This document shows, piece by piece, positions 39,393-48,800 of a stretch of 64,000 nt of DNA. Numbering within the stretch: position 1 is the first letter of the stretch; each line of letters opens with the position of its first letter. The stretch comes from a virus: IMG/VR virus record IMGVR_UViG_3300045971_000163, positions 40,140 to 104,139 of that record; one strand, 5' to 3'. A program made the translations under genes and the position numbers. The notes under the pieces were generated by a model, which saw only the letters and a program-made list of their open reading frames with translations, was not told the DNA's origin and ran no database searches.

Positions 39393-41483
39393 TTAACCAG
39401 TGACTGGCGGTGTGCCGGCAAGCACATTAACAGCATACCTGCCCTTGTTGTAATACATATCACCAGTTGTACCGTTAGCATCTGAGCCACCCTGTCCTTT
39501 AGCCCATTTATTAGTGCCACCAGCCCCAAGCAAGTGCGCTACTGACAACTTACCTGCTATATCATCTGGGCTTGATTCAGATGTAATCGTCTTGGAAGCT
39601 TTTAATGCATTAAAGTTACTTTGCAAGTTCACATCCATGATTTTTTCTTGTACATCGTGCGCAGCTAAAAAGTCTGCTTTGCTGCCAATACCGTCTTTAA
39701 GCGGAGTGCCGTCAGCGTTCTGCCAGTTTGCGGGGTTGTTCATACCTTGCAGCGATGTGCCAGGCTTAACATACCCTTGAGCCGCAAGTGCCTCTGCCCC
39801 AAACTGATACTTACCAATGTAGCCCAATGTTGCTTTGCCGTTAACTATTTTAGTGTTATCAGCATTGTAGTTCATGCCAGACTCTGCTAGGCCCATTTGT
39901 GCTTTTAATGCCGTTGTCTGTGCCGCAGTTAGAGAGCCAACTCCGTTTATATTTGGCGGTTGCATCGCTAATGTAGCTGCGGTTGCTGGATTTCTAATGC
40001 CTGCAGAAGTAACTGACGGCGGAACTGGGCTTGATCCTGTTGATATTGGATTACCTTGAGAATCTGTTAGTGGCGCACCTGATCCCGTAGACACGGTGTG
40101 GCTTTGACCGTGTAATGAGTCGCACGGTTCATGCGTTGGGATTGGCCCAGGCATGGTTGTCTGTATTGCACTAGATTGCTTCCATTTATATATTGGTGCT
40201 GGCTTGGTAGGAACTGTCTCTGGCTGTACTGTTGCTGGGATGGGCGTGGGCTTTGTTACGCCAGGTGCACCCATAGTATTCAAGTATATTTTACCTGCTT
40301 TAAATATTAAGTCGCTATTTGCTCCCCACGATCCAGTTGTTGCAGCTTGTAATTTTAATGTGCTGCCTGACGACAAATTAGCTTCGCCGCCGTACATATT
40401 AAGATTAGTCGTTGCTCGCAAACTCAGTACATCTGACTGTTGTTTAAATTCATTACCAGCATGCATGTTTATATTTCGTGCAGCATACATGTTTATGTCG
40501 TTATCGGAGTGAAGATTAAAGTCGTTCTTAGTTCTAAAGTTTATATCTGACTCTGCATAAAAGTGCATTTTGCCATCGTCTGTAAACTCCATCCAAGCAG
40601 TACCAGCTGAGTTAGCTATGTAAACAACCTTCTCCGCATCGTTCATCAGAATCTGATGGCCACCTGCGGTTCGAAGACGGATCATCTGATCTTTGCCGTT
40701 GACATCGCCATCATCTAAGACTACAGAGTGCCCACCTTTTCTGTTTAATACCGCGCTTGTGTCTCTGTCTTTGTTTGGCCCAGGACGGCCAGGTGTACTA
40801 ATGCCAAATACTGCACTAGGTGATTCGCGTTGTGAACTACTAGATACTACACCACGAACACTATCATCCTCTAAACCTTCGTACAGCAATCTGTACACTA
40901 AATCTTCATGCACTGGTTTAGGGATTGTTAAAAAATCACCCCAGCGATCCTTAAATTCAGGATTAGAGTCGTTAAACTCTACAACTGGGTAATACCCGGT
41001 AGTAAGTGCTGCGGCTAATGCAGTGTCTTTTGGTGCTTGCGGTGGCACCATTGACCCCGCAATTGTTGGTAGTCCGTGATGTGTAAGTTCAGGCATAACA
41101 CACGCAAACCAATATCCCCTATTAATATCACCCGACACAAAAATTGTTAATACAAAGTTACCAATGTCAGGCGGTGTCATCCACATTCCGTATGTGTGAT
41201 TTACATACGGATATTCATTTTGCTCGGGCCGTTGTGATTTATATGTCGGCCATCGTGTTGACCCCATATATGGTGATGCATATTGTATTGTTATCCAATG
41301 CGATTCTTGATCTTCGACGCCGCCAAAGTCTGGAATGAATACTTGCACACGACCTGACCTATTAGGGTCTACATTATTTTTAACTATACCAATATACGGG
41401 CCAGGTGTGGAGACCGCCCCTATAACTTTAGTAGGATCAGCCCAACTTGGTACTTTTTTACCAATGCGTTTGTCTATTGTCAT
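39393..41483 (-). CDS. Baseplate hub spike (gp5/VgrG-like) with C-terminal lysozyme-like domain
   Basis: N-terminal OB fold (DPNRSGRVQVFIP...PPDIG), beta-helix repeats (GHQILMND), and C-terminal AESGMNY...GKYQFG...AHLLG. Confidence 0.75.
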   Translation of the reverse strand: MTIDKRIGKKVPSWADPTKVIGAVSTPGPYIGIVKNNVDPNRSGRVQVFIPDFGGVEDQESHWITIQYASPYMGSTRWPTYKSQRPEQNEYPYVNHTYGMWMTPPDIGNFVLTIFVSGDINRGYWFACVMPELTHHGLPTIAGSMVPPQAPKDTALAAALTTGYYPVVEFNDSNPEFKDRWGDFLTIPKPVHEDLVYRLLYEGLEDDSVRGVVSSSSQRESPSAVFGISTPGRPGPNKDRDTSAVLNRKGGHSVVLDDGDVNGKDQMIRLRTAGGHQILMNDAEKVVYIANSAGTAWMEFTDDGKMHFYAESDINFRTKNDFNLHSDNDINMYAARNINMHAGNEFKQQSDVLSLRATTNLNMYGGEANLSSGSTLKLQAATTGSWGANSDLIFKAGKIYLNTMGAPGVTKPTPIPATVQPETVPTKPAPIYKWKQSSAIQTTMPGPIPTHEPCDSLHGQSHTVSTGSGAPLTDSQGNPISTGSSPVPPSVTSAGIRNPATAATLAMQPPNINGVGSLTAAQTTALKAQMGLAESGMNYNADNTKIVNGKATLGYIGKYQFGAEALAAQGYVKPGTSLQGMNNPANWQNADGTPLKDGIGSKADFLAAHDVQEKIMDVNLQSNFNALKASKTITSESSPDDIAGKLSVAHLLGAGGTNKWAKGQGGSDANGTTGDMYYNKGRYAVNVLAGTPPVTG

Positions 41484-41484
41484 T

Positions 41485-44400
41485 TTACGGATCTATGTAT
41501 ATTGGTTCTACTGCGTCGGGTGTAGCTGCTGGTGTAGTAGGTGCACTATATTTAATAGGACCAGCAGCCTTGAATTTGTTTATTATGTTTTCGCCGCTAG
41601 CAATAGCGTTAGTAGCTGTTGGCAGTAGTTTACCAACTGCGTCTATGTTTACTGCTCCTAAGTTCGAGAATCCTGTGCCTAGTGCCGTAGTTGCTTGCGT
41701 AAGTTGTGCTGTTGCTACGTTTAATCCACCCATTGCTGTTCCCGCTGCGTCTTTAATATTACCCATAACTGACGGTATATCGCTACCTGTACCTGTTGGA
41801 ATACTAGTAGGAATCGTTGGGACATTCATCGTAAGTGAATCCATTGGAGTGGTTGCGGTACTGGCAGCAAGACGTAAGTCAGACGGGTTAGTGTTAGCTG
41901 ATGCGGCGTCTGGCCTATCATTAGTCTGATTTTCTTTGTCAATGCCGTCAACCGGCTGCAACGCAAACCTCACAGTATTAAGTTCTTGTTCAAACTTACC
42001 ATTTGAGAATGTCGACACTACTTTTAACACTTTGTACAGTCCAGAGTACACTGATGTTTCGTAAGTTATTTTCGAGGCGGAAGCCGTTGGATCAGCTAAC
42101 CCCTTGCTGTTATAATCTACTGGTGTTTTAAACTTCAGTTTAATAAATATCTCGCCCTCGTCTGTAGCAATGCTACCGTTTGGGGTACGTTGATTTTTAA
42201 TGTGTATAGTGTCGTAAAACAAGTCGTCCTGTTTAATAAAATCAGGATCACCTACTATTTTTAAATTTACTTCAAGTAAATCGCCAGCAGCACCCATCAT
42301 TTGCTCTGCTAGTGATGCTCGGTCGTCCCTAGAGTTTTGTGAAAGTGAAACCATTGATGCTGGATTAGCTACGTGCACTTGTGTTGAGCTAAATTCAGGC
42401 AACACGCCCAATTTGTCTTTTTTAATTTTTACACTATCTTCTGTGGCTTTATAGTTTGGGCCAGCAGCAGCACTCTGCGAAGGTACTGCGTTAGCTGCGC
42501 CAGTAATACTATCTTTATTAGCATTGCCAGAAGTCTTAGCAGTCCAATATAATGCATCAAAATTAATTTCAAATTTAAGTATATCTGCGTTTTTACCAGT
42601 AAACAAGTATTCATATTCTTTAACCCATCCGCGAGGAGTTCCTAGTGGAGCAAACGCATTTTCAGTATTATACACTTTGTACGGCACTACCCTGTATATG
42701 TACTCTTTGGCATAGGTGTATCTATAATGGTCATACCCTAGAATGTTAATGCGTGGGATGATTTTGAACCAGTCTAATGCGTTTTTGTCTGACGCTATTT
42801 TTCCAGTGTCAGGGTCGGCTAACTGATCTCTAATGTAATCACTATTACGCAACGCCATACCAATTACATCAATAATAGTTGTACCACTGTTAATAGACAT
42901 TACTGCGGATGTTTTGCCATCTGCTATACGACTAGTGATTGCTCCATTTTGCGTCTCGCTAGCAGGTTTCATTGGAGTAGCACTACCAGACACTGTCTTT
43001 GGATCTGGAAATTTTGCGTCAGTCATTTTCGTACTTAAAAACTCAAACTTGATGACATCTTGAATTTCAACTTTAGATTTTTTAAATAGCTCGTTACGCC
43101 AAGCATTCATAGCACCAGCATAACTTTTAACTGTAGCTTTGGCTGGTCTAGTAGTTTCGTATTCTTGCTTAAGGTCGTTGATTGACGTTTTGGTATGATT
43201 AAGCATCCGCACATCTTCTGGACCGGCGCTGCCACTAGAGATAGAATCTCGTAACTGACCCTGTAACGCAACTACGTTTTCAGCTTTGGCAGTCACAGCA
43301 CGTTGAGCATCATACTCGGTCATTGGCTCATCATTAGCCATAAAAAACTCACCGATATTTTGCGCCATTACTTCGAGTTTAATTGGATTAATGGCTGAAC
43401 TTGATTCTAAAAATCCACCGTGATTATACGGGAAGGCATCAATGTCGTATGTTGCCCCAGACGTAGTAACTTTAGAAACAAACGACCCAAATTTTATTGG
43501 GATGCTTTTTGTTATTTCTTTTATTTTCGACGGTATACCATTGTCATCATACCCGTAAAAATCAATTTGCAATAGGTATGGCATATCTCTAAAATTTGGA
43601 ATATGCATATCACGGGCAGCATTGATAAGCCTATTCATAAATGTCATACCGTATGGTTCAATGATAGTGAACTTTACCTCTATAGTGTTTGAGTTTCTTG
43701 CTTCAGCTGACATGCCAATAACCGTAGTCATTGTTAAATTGTCAAAGAAAAAATCTTCGTTAAATCGCACTTGCCTGTCAAAGTCCTCTATCCCTCGCCT
43801 ACCTGCACTGGCAATCAACACATTCTTAGGAACATACTTGCCAGGGTCTGAATTTATTTTAGCATAGTCCTCAACAGTAAGTGCATGTAAACTTAACCCA
43901 TACGTGTAAGAAGCATAGTTGTGTAATACATTTTCTGACGGGACTTGATCAGGTACGTTTGAATCGTTAACTTTTGTTGCTGTATTTGCTTCTAATCGTC
44001 GAGTTTCATTTTTATCATACGAGCCGTCATCTGAGCTAACACCCAATCGTTTATTTTCTAGCTTAGTGTATGAATCATCTACAGATGCGACCCCTAACCT
44101 TTTGCTCTCTAAATTATCGTATGAAACGTCTGGCGGAGTAACTCCTAGTCTATTATTTTCTAATCTGTCATATGATGCATCAGCAACGACTGGCGGTATA
44201 GTTGCTGGTGGTTTATCTAAATTTACTGGCGTTGGCTCTGTAGTGTTTACTACTAGTGTAGGTGCTGGTTCAGTATTGGGTCCAGGTGTGGCTGAGTTTA
44301 CTTGTTCTCCATTTGGAGACACTGAACTAAGCGTATACATATTTGTTAATTTGTTTATGTATCTATGTAACCCCGTTACTGGGTCTATACCAACGTAATC

Positions 44401-44568
44401 AAAGGCTGCTAAATTCGTAACGTCTGTTGACGTTGCCCTTGCTAACTGATCTTCTAACCGAACCAATGCAGTTGTTGCCAACTTATATCGTATTGAGGTG
44501 GGATCTGCACTGGCTAAAATAGCTTTGTTTTGATCTATTTGTGCTTGAATTCCAGATACGCTAGCCAT
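41485..44568 (-). CDS. Baseplate hub protein (gp27-like position)
   Basis: NVLHNYASYTY, FTIIEPYG, KEYEYLFTGKN, IVGDPDF and GLYKVLKVVSTFSNGKFEQ; lies between the gp53-like and gp5-like genes. Confidence 0.6.
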   Translation of the reverse strand: MASVSGIQAQIDQNKAILASADPTSIRYKLATTALVRLEDQLARATSTDVTNLAAFDYVGIDPVTGLHRYINKLTNMYTLSSVSPNGEQVNSATPGPNTEPAPTLVVNTTEPTPVNLDKPPATIPPVVADASYDRLENNRLGVTPPDVSYDNLESKRLGVASVDDSYTKLENKRLGVSSDDGSYDKNETRRLEANTATKVNDSNVPDQVPSENVLHNYASYTYGLSLHALTVEDYAKINSDPGKYVPKNVLIASAGRRGIEDFDRQVRFNEDFFFDNLTMTTVIGMSAEARNSNTIEVKFTIIEPYGMTFMNRLINAARDMHIPNFRDMPYLLQIDFYGYDDNGIPSKIKEITKSIPIKFGSFVSKVTTSGATYDIDAFPYNHGGFLESSSAINPIKLEVMAQNIGEFFMANDEPMTEYDAQRAVTAKAENVVALQGQLRDSISSGSAGPEDVRMLNHTKTSINDLKQEYETTRPAKATVKSYAGAMNAWRNELFKKSKVEIQDVIKFEFLSTKMTDAKFPDPKTVSGSATPMKPASETQNGAITSRIADGKTSAVMSINSGTTIIDVIGMALRNSDYIRDQLADPDTGKIASDKNALDWFKIIPRINILGYDHYRYTYAKEYIYRVVPYKVYNTENAFAPLGTPRGWVKEYEYLFTGKNADILKFEINFDALYWTAKTSGNANKDSITGAANAVPSQSAAAGPNYKATEDSVKIKKDKLGVLPEFSSTQVHVANPASMVSLSQNSRDDRASLAEQMMGAAGDLLEVNLKIVGDPDFIKQDDLFYDTIHIKNQRTPNGSIATDEGEIFIKLKFKTPVDYNSKGLADPTASASKITYETSVYSGLYKVLKVVSTFSNGKFEQELNTVRFALQPVDGIDKENQTNDRPDAASANTNPSDLRLAASTATTPMDSLTMNVPTIPTSIPTGTGSDIPSVMGNIKDAAGTAMGGLNVATAQLTQATTALGTGFSNLGAVNIDAVGKLLPTATNAIASGENIINKFKAAGPIKYSAPTTPAATPDAVEPIYIDP
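43985..44185 (-). repeat. Four ~18-aa repeats in the hub protein
   Basis: DASYDRLENNRLGV / DVSYDNLESKRLGV / DDSYTKLENKRLGV / DGSYDKNETRRLEA. Coordinates approximate. Confidence 0.75.
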
Positions 44569-44571
44569 CTA

Positions 44572-44874
44572 TTATATCCCCAAGTCTTTAACTAGCGTGT
44601 CTTTTGAAGGCAAGTATACAGTGTTACCTGTAATGAAGTCAAACAACGGATCTTTAAGCGTGTTTGGGTTACGTGCGGCAAATACCCACCACAATGCAGC
44701 GTCGCCGTAGATGTCATATGCTAGCAAATCTGGACGTAAGTGATATACGCGGTCGATTTGATACAACTTGTCAGACGCTAACTTTGTAATTTTGCGTTTA
44801 GCACTTACATCTAAAAAGTTACCGTATAACCCAGTCCCAAAGAATGGGCTTGATTTTGAATATATTGCTGCCAT
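44572..44874 (-). CDS. gp53: Baseplate wedge protein (gp53/LysM-like)
   Basis: RPDLLAYDIYGDAALWWVFAARN. Confidence 0.8.
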   Translation of the reverse strand: MAAIYSKSSPFFGTGLYGNFLDVSAKRKITKLASDKLYQIDRVYHLRPDLLAYDIYGDAALWWVFAARNPNTLKDPLFDFITGNTVYLPSKDTLVKDLGI

Positions 44875-45851
44875 TATACAAATCCCTTACCAAGTAGTTT
44901 TCCTGACGCAAAGTCCCCTAACTTAAACTGAGCTACCGCAGCCCTACTATAGATAGGTTGCAGCGTAACCTGTATAGTGCTTTGCGTTGGCAGTCTAGTA
45001 GAAGTTGCCCCATCAGGTGTCCATACTTCAATATAATCTTTGTCTTCAGGCATAGTATGAGAAAAACTCTTAACAACGCACGGAACATTTGGAAAATAAT
45101 GTGATCCATACCCACTGAGTTTAACCATAGGTGGTGGAGTCCCTGCTCGATTATCTTCACCCCAAAACATTTTCGTTGCTGATCTAAAAAAGTAAATCGC
45201 CGCCAATAAATATCTACCTTCATCAATGCTTTGAATTGGAAACTCACCGTTTAATTGAATTTCACCCACCTCACTTCCTTCATAAAACTGCATCGCATAG
45301 TTACTATGTGTCAACGACGATGAATTATACTTCGCAGTATGAGTCATCTGTATAGTTGGTGTAATTGGGAAGATGACGCCGTCGGTTGCTTTTACTGGTG
45401 ATAATAACGAGTTGTTAGCATCGTTGTATAAAAAATCTGTTCCTGAAAACAGTGACACTCTAACGCGCCAGTCAATAGCAGAATCAGTCATTGCCGCGGA
45501 CTTCCCACTCTGGGCATAATTTACCGGAACTGGTGATCCGGATTTACCTCCGCCTAATAACCCGCCAGCTGCCCCGCCTATTAATCCAGCGGCCTGTGCC
45601 CTAAGTTTACTTGGGTCTAATGCTCCAGCTAACCCTCCAGCCAATCCACTGACAGCCCCACCAATTTTGTCTGTAATAGACGATAACCCCGCCCCTACAT
45701 TTTGAGCAGTGTCTTTAAACGTAGAAGTAAAGCCCCCTGGAGAAAACGATGACCCACCGGCTCGCGCAAGGATATATGGGTCGTTTTGATTCGCCCCACC
45801 TAATGAACTAGCTTGGCTGAGTGATAGCCCAGGAATGTCGCTTGCTGCCAT
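44874..45851 (-). CDS. Baseplate tail-tube initiator/cap-like protein
   Basis: FPITPTI, HSNY and GTPPP...LSGYG..YF.NVPCVV; head of the baseplate operon. Confidence 0.6.
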   Translation of the reverse strand: MAASDIPGLSLSQASSLGGANQNDPYILARAGGSSFSPGGFTSTFKDTAQNVGAGLSSITDKIGGAVSGLAGGLAGALDPSKLRAQAAGLIGGAAGGLLGGGKSGSPVPVNYAQSGKSAAMTDSAIDWRVRVSLFSGTDFLYNDANNSLLSPVKATDGVIFPITPTIQMTHTAKYNSSSLTHSNYAMQFYEGSEVGEIQLNGEFPIQSIDEGRYLLAAIYFFRSATKMFWGEDNRAGTPPPMVKLSGYGSHYFPNVPCVVKSFSHTMPEDKDYIEVWTPDGATSTRLPTQSTIQVTLQPIYSRAAVAQFKLGDFASGKLLGKGFV

Positions 45852-45887
45852 ATGTTTGCCCTATTGTTAGAAATGGCTAAATGACCA

Positions 45888-45916
45888 TTGCTTTATATAT
45901 TTATCAATGTTATTAT
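45888..45916 (+). promoter_or_regulatory. Sigma70-like promoter upstream of the gp55-like gene
   Basis: TTGCTT-17 nt-TATTAT with an extended -10 TGn. Confidence 0.6.
45898..45905 (-). promoter_or_regulatory. T4-type late promoter (GATAAATA) for the baseplate operon
   Basis: Recurrent octamer, upstream of the minus-strand structural operon. Confidence 0.65.
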
Positions 45917-45980
45917 GTACTAGTATTATATCCGGGCGTGTCTGAATCAGATAAATACATAACAACAAGGCTAACGCTAC

Positions 45981-46967
45981 ATGAACATCAAAAAAGTCAA
46001 TTATTTAAATAACAAAGACCTCCTTAAAGAAATCCACAAAAGCAAAACAAACTATTGTTCATACTCAAAACCAGAATACTCAGATTACGATATCATCATA
46101 CGTGATTTGTCCGTTATCCCCTCATTACTAAACCCCAAAACTGAAACCCGCAAGGTCGTTGACGAAGATACTGAAGAAGTTACTACAGTTACGGCAACAT
46201 TTCCACCAGAAGCAATGCATGCTCGTGCACTGCGTTTGACTAAGTTACTACAGGCTGAGGAGTTATTGGGTGGTAAACGTCCAAAATCCGAACTTACTGT
46301 TATTTCCTACGAAACGATTAAACCACAAGATGTAGTGTTTAGACTTATGACGTGGGATCATATTCCAGAAGCGCCAAAAGCTGAACCAAAGTTAGCTAAG
46401 GGTAAAAAAGCCAAAATGGTTATGATTGACGATGATTCAGACTTGCTGGAAGAGTTAGAAGAGATTGATTTGCCAGCAAGCCTAGCTACGTCAACGCCAA
46501 CCAAGTATGTCAAAGTAAATTTCCCTGCGTTCCAGCACTATATCCTTGATGATAACTTGCAACCCGTGATGGTAGGTAAGAGCCATTGGAAGGGTGATAT
46601 TAACACTGGTGCATTTTGTAAAGATCATGGACAGATTACAAATAAGCTAGCAACGATGTATATGAAACTGTGCGATCGCTACGCAACACGTTCAAACTGG
46701 CGCGGGTATACTTATAACGACGAAATGCGGGCACAGGCTTTGCTACAGTTAACGCAAGTTGGTCTACAGTTTGATGAGTTCAAATCTCAGAACCCGTTTG
46801 CGTATTACACCGCAGCTATCACAAACTCCTTTATCCGTGTGCTCAATACGGAAAAGCGTAATCAAAATATCCGCGATGATATTCTTGAACTTAATAATCT
46901 AAATCCATCATATACTCGTCAGGGTATGGGCAGTGCTGTTGGGCACGACGGGGGATACGAAGATTGA
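45981..46967 (+). CDS. gp55: Late-transcription sigma factor (gp55-like)
   Basis: VNYLNNKDLLKEI, NWRGYTYNDEM and NPFAYYT...NSF; directly upstream of gp47/gp46. Confidence 0.8.
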   Translation: MNIKKVNYLNNKDLLKEIHKSKTNYCSYSKPEYSDYDIIIRDLSVIPSLLNPKTETRKVVDEDTEEVTTVTATFPPEAMHARALRLTKLLQAEELLGGKRPKSELTVISYETIKPQDVVFRLMTWDHIPEAPKAEPKLAKGKKAKMVMIDDDSDLLEELEEIDLPASLATSTPTKYVKVNFPAFQHYILDDNLQPVMVGKSHWKGDINTGAFCKDHGQITNKLATMYMKLCDRYATRSNWRGYTYNDEMRAQALLQLTQVGLQFDEFKSQNPFAYYTAAITNSFIRVLNTEKRNQNIRDDILELNNLNPSYTRQGMGSAVGHDGGYED

Positions 46968-46978
46968 GCCAATTAAGT

Positions 46979-47007
46979 TTGATTTTACTAACGCAATATC
47001 GTAGAAT
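46979..47007 (+). promoter_or_regulatory. Sigma70-like promoter upstream of gp47
   Basis: TTGATT-17 nt-TAGAAT. Confidence 0.55.
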
Positions 47008-47013
47008 AGGCTG

Positions 47014-48030
47014 ATGTCAAACTTATTTAAAAAAGCAATGTGTTTAACGGATATCCACTTTGGATTGAAGTCTAACAGTCAGTTGCATAACGAAGATTGT
47101 CTCAACTTTGTAAAGTGGGCTGCTCTCAAGGGTAAAGAAGAAGGTTGTGAAACTTGCTTCTTTCTCGGTGACTGGCACCACAATAGAGCGAGCATTAACT
47201 TGGTCACTCTTAACTACAGTCTTGAAGCATTAGAGTTTCTAAGCAAAACGTTTACACAGGTATTTTTCATACCTGGCAATCACGATCTCTATTATCGTGA
47301 TAAGCGTGACATTCAATCTGCTGAGTGGGCAAAGCACATTCCGAATATTAAAATCGTCAATGACTTTTTTATTGACGGTGATGTGGCTATTGTTCCGTGG
47401 CTAGTTAAGGATGAGCACAAGAAGATTCAAAAGATGGCAGCAAAGTATTGTTTTGGACACTTTGAGTTGCCGCATTTTTATATGAATGCTCAAATCCAAA
47501 TGCCCGATCATGGTGAGATCCAGCAAGACCATTTTAAGAACATCGAAAAAGTGTTCAGCGGACACTTTCACAAGCGTCAGGAAGGCAAAAATATCAACTA
47601 CATTGGTAACTGCTTCCCACATAACTACAGTGACGTAGGCGATGACGAGCGTGGGTGTATGATTATGGAATGGGGTAAGCCACATGAGTATCATACATGG
47701 CCGGATCAACCTCGCTTCCGCATTTACGGACTGTCACACGTTCTCAACAAAGCAGAAATATTACTAAAACCCAAAATGCACGTTCGCGTTAACTTAGACA
47801 TCGACATCAGTTATGAGGAAGCAACGTTTGTTAAAGATACGTTTGCTGATCAGTTCAAACTGCGAGAAATTACACTTATACCAGTTAAGAAGGATGTCAC
47901 GGGGGCTGAAGTGCAACCCGGCAGCATAGAATTTTTGTCTGTTGACCAAATTGTTGCGGAACAAATAACACAAATCAAGAGCGATCATTACGACCCCAAG
48001 ATGCTGTTAGAAATTTACAATAACTTATGA
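47014..48030 (+). CDS. gp47: Recombination endonuclease subunit (Mre11/SbcD-like)
   Basis: DIHFG, GDWHH, GNHD, GHFE and SGHFH metallophosphoesterase motifs. Confidence 0.92.
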   Translation: MSNLFKKAMCLTDIHFGLKSNSQLHNEDCLNFVKWAALKGKEEGCETCFFLGDWHHNRASINLVTLNYSLEALEFLSKTFTQVFFIPGNHDLYYRDKRDIQSAEWAKHIPNIKIVNDFFIDGDVAIVPWLVKDEHKKIQKMAAKYCFGHFELPHFYMNAQIQMPDHGEIQQDHFKNIEKVFSGHFHKRQEGKNINYIGNCFPHNYSDVGDDERGCMIMEWGKPHEYHTWPDQPRFRIYGLSHVLNKAEILLKPKMHVRVNLDIDISYEEATFVKDTFADQFKLREITLIPVKKDVTGAEVQPGSIEFLSVDQIVAEQITQIKSDHYDPKMLLEIYNNL

Positions 48031-48800
48031 TTTACCATTATAATCATATATTAGTTGTGGGCCACCCGGGCGCAGGAACTCGATTTCTTTCTAGTATTTT
48101 TAACTATATAGCAAATGCAGCACCATTGCCACTGGTTAATAAAGATACAGGGTCAGTACATGGTACTGACGCAAATAATTTATTTTTATGGCCGTCAGAT
48201 GTTATGTTTGATAGTCTATCAAACATAACTCAGTTCAAGAATAACACCAAAAGACCAAGCAATTTCCTGCATTATAACAAGAAGGTTTTTGAAACTCTAC
48301 AACTTGAGCAGCTTATTAATGACAATTTTGAATTTTTTAACACATCTGTTAAGAACCAGATTCTGACCATCTACGCCAATGAGCTTTCAAAAAAAATACC
48401 TATATTTTGTTTACGATCGCATGCTCCCACGACATTGTTAACTCAAATTTTACAGTTAACCAATATAAAGTTTTGGATTATTGAAATACAAGCTGAATCA
48501 TTAATGGCACGTTGTGCCATGTACGCTTTTGGTAAAATGAAAAATGGAGCAATATTACCAGAAATGGTACAAAAAGTTTTTGATTATGAGTTACAGCATC
48601 GTAATTTCTCAAATATAAGCAACGTTGTAATGCCTAATTTTTCTTTTTCATTTATTTTAAATAAAGATATTAACAATATTATGAATTTTATCGATAATAC
48701 CACACTAACGATAAATTTACACACAACACAAAACCAGATGCATAGCATAAAAAATTTCGTCAAAGAGTATTGCGAATATCAACCATATATCATAAAATGA
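48027..48800 (+). CDS. Hypothetical protein, sulfotransferase/P-loop-like N-terminus
   Basis: VVGHPGAGTRFLSSI and LRSH. AT-rich, with ATGA overlaps on both sides. Confidence 0.5.
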   Translation: MIYHYNHILVVGHPGAGTRFLSSIFNYIANAAPLPLVNKDTGSVHGTDANNLFLWPSDVMFDSLSNITQFKNNTKRPSNFLHYNKKVFETLQLEQLINDNFEFFNTSVKNQILTIYANELSKKIPIFCLRSHAPTTLLTQILQLTNIKFWIIEIQAESLMARCAMYAFGKMKNGAILPEMVQKVFDYELQHRNFSNISNVVMPNFSFSFILNKDINNIMNFIDNTTLTINLHTTQNQMHSIKNFVKEYCEYQPYIIK

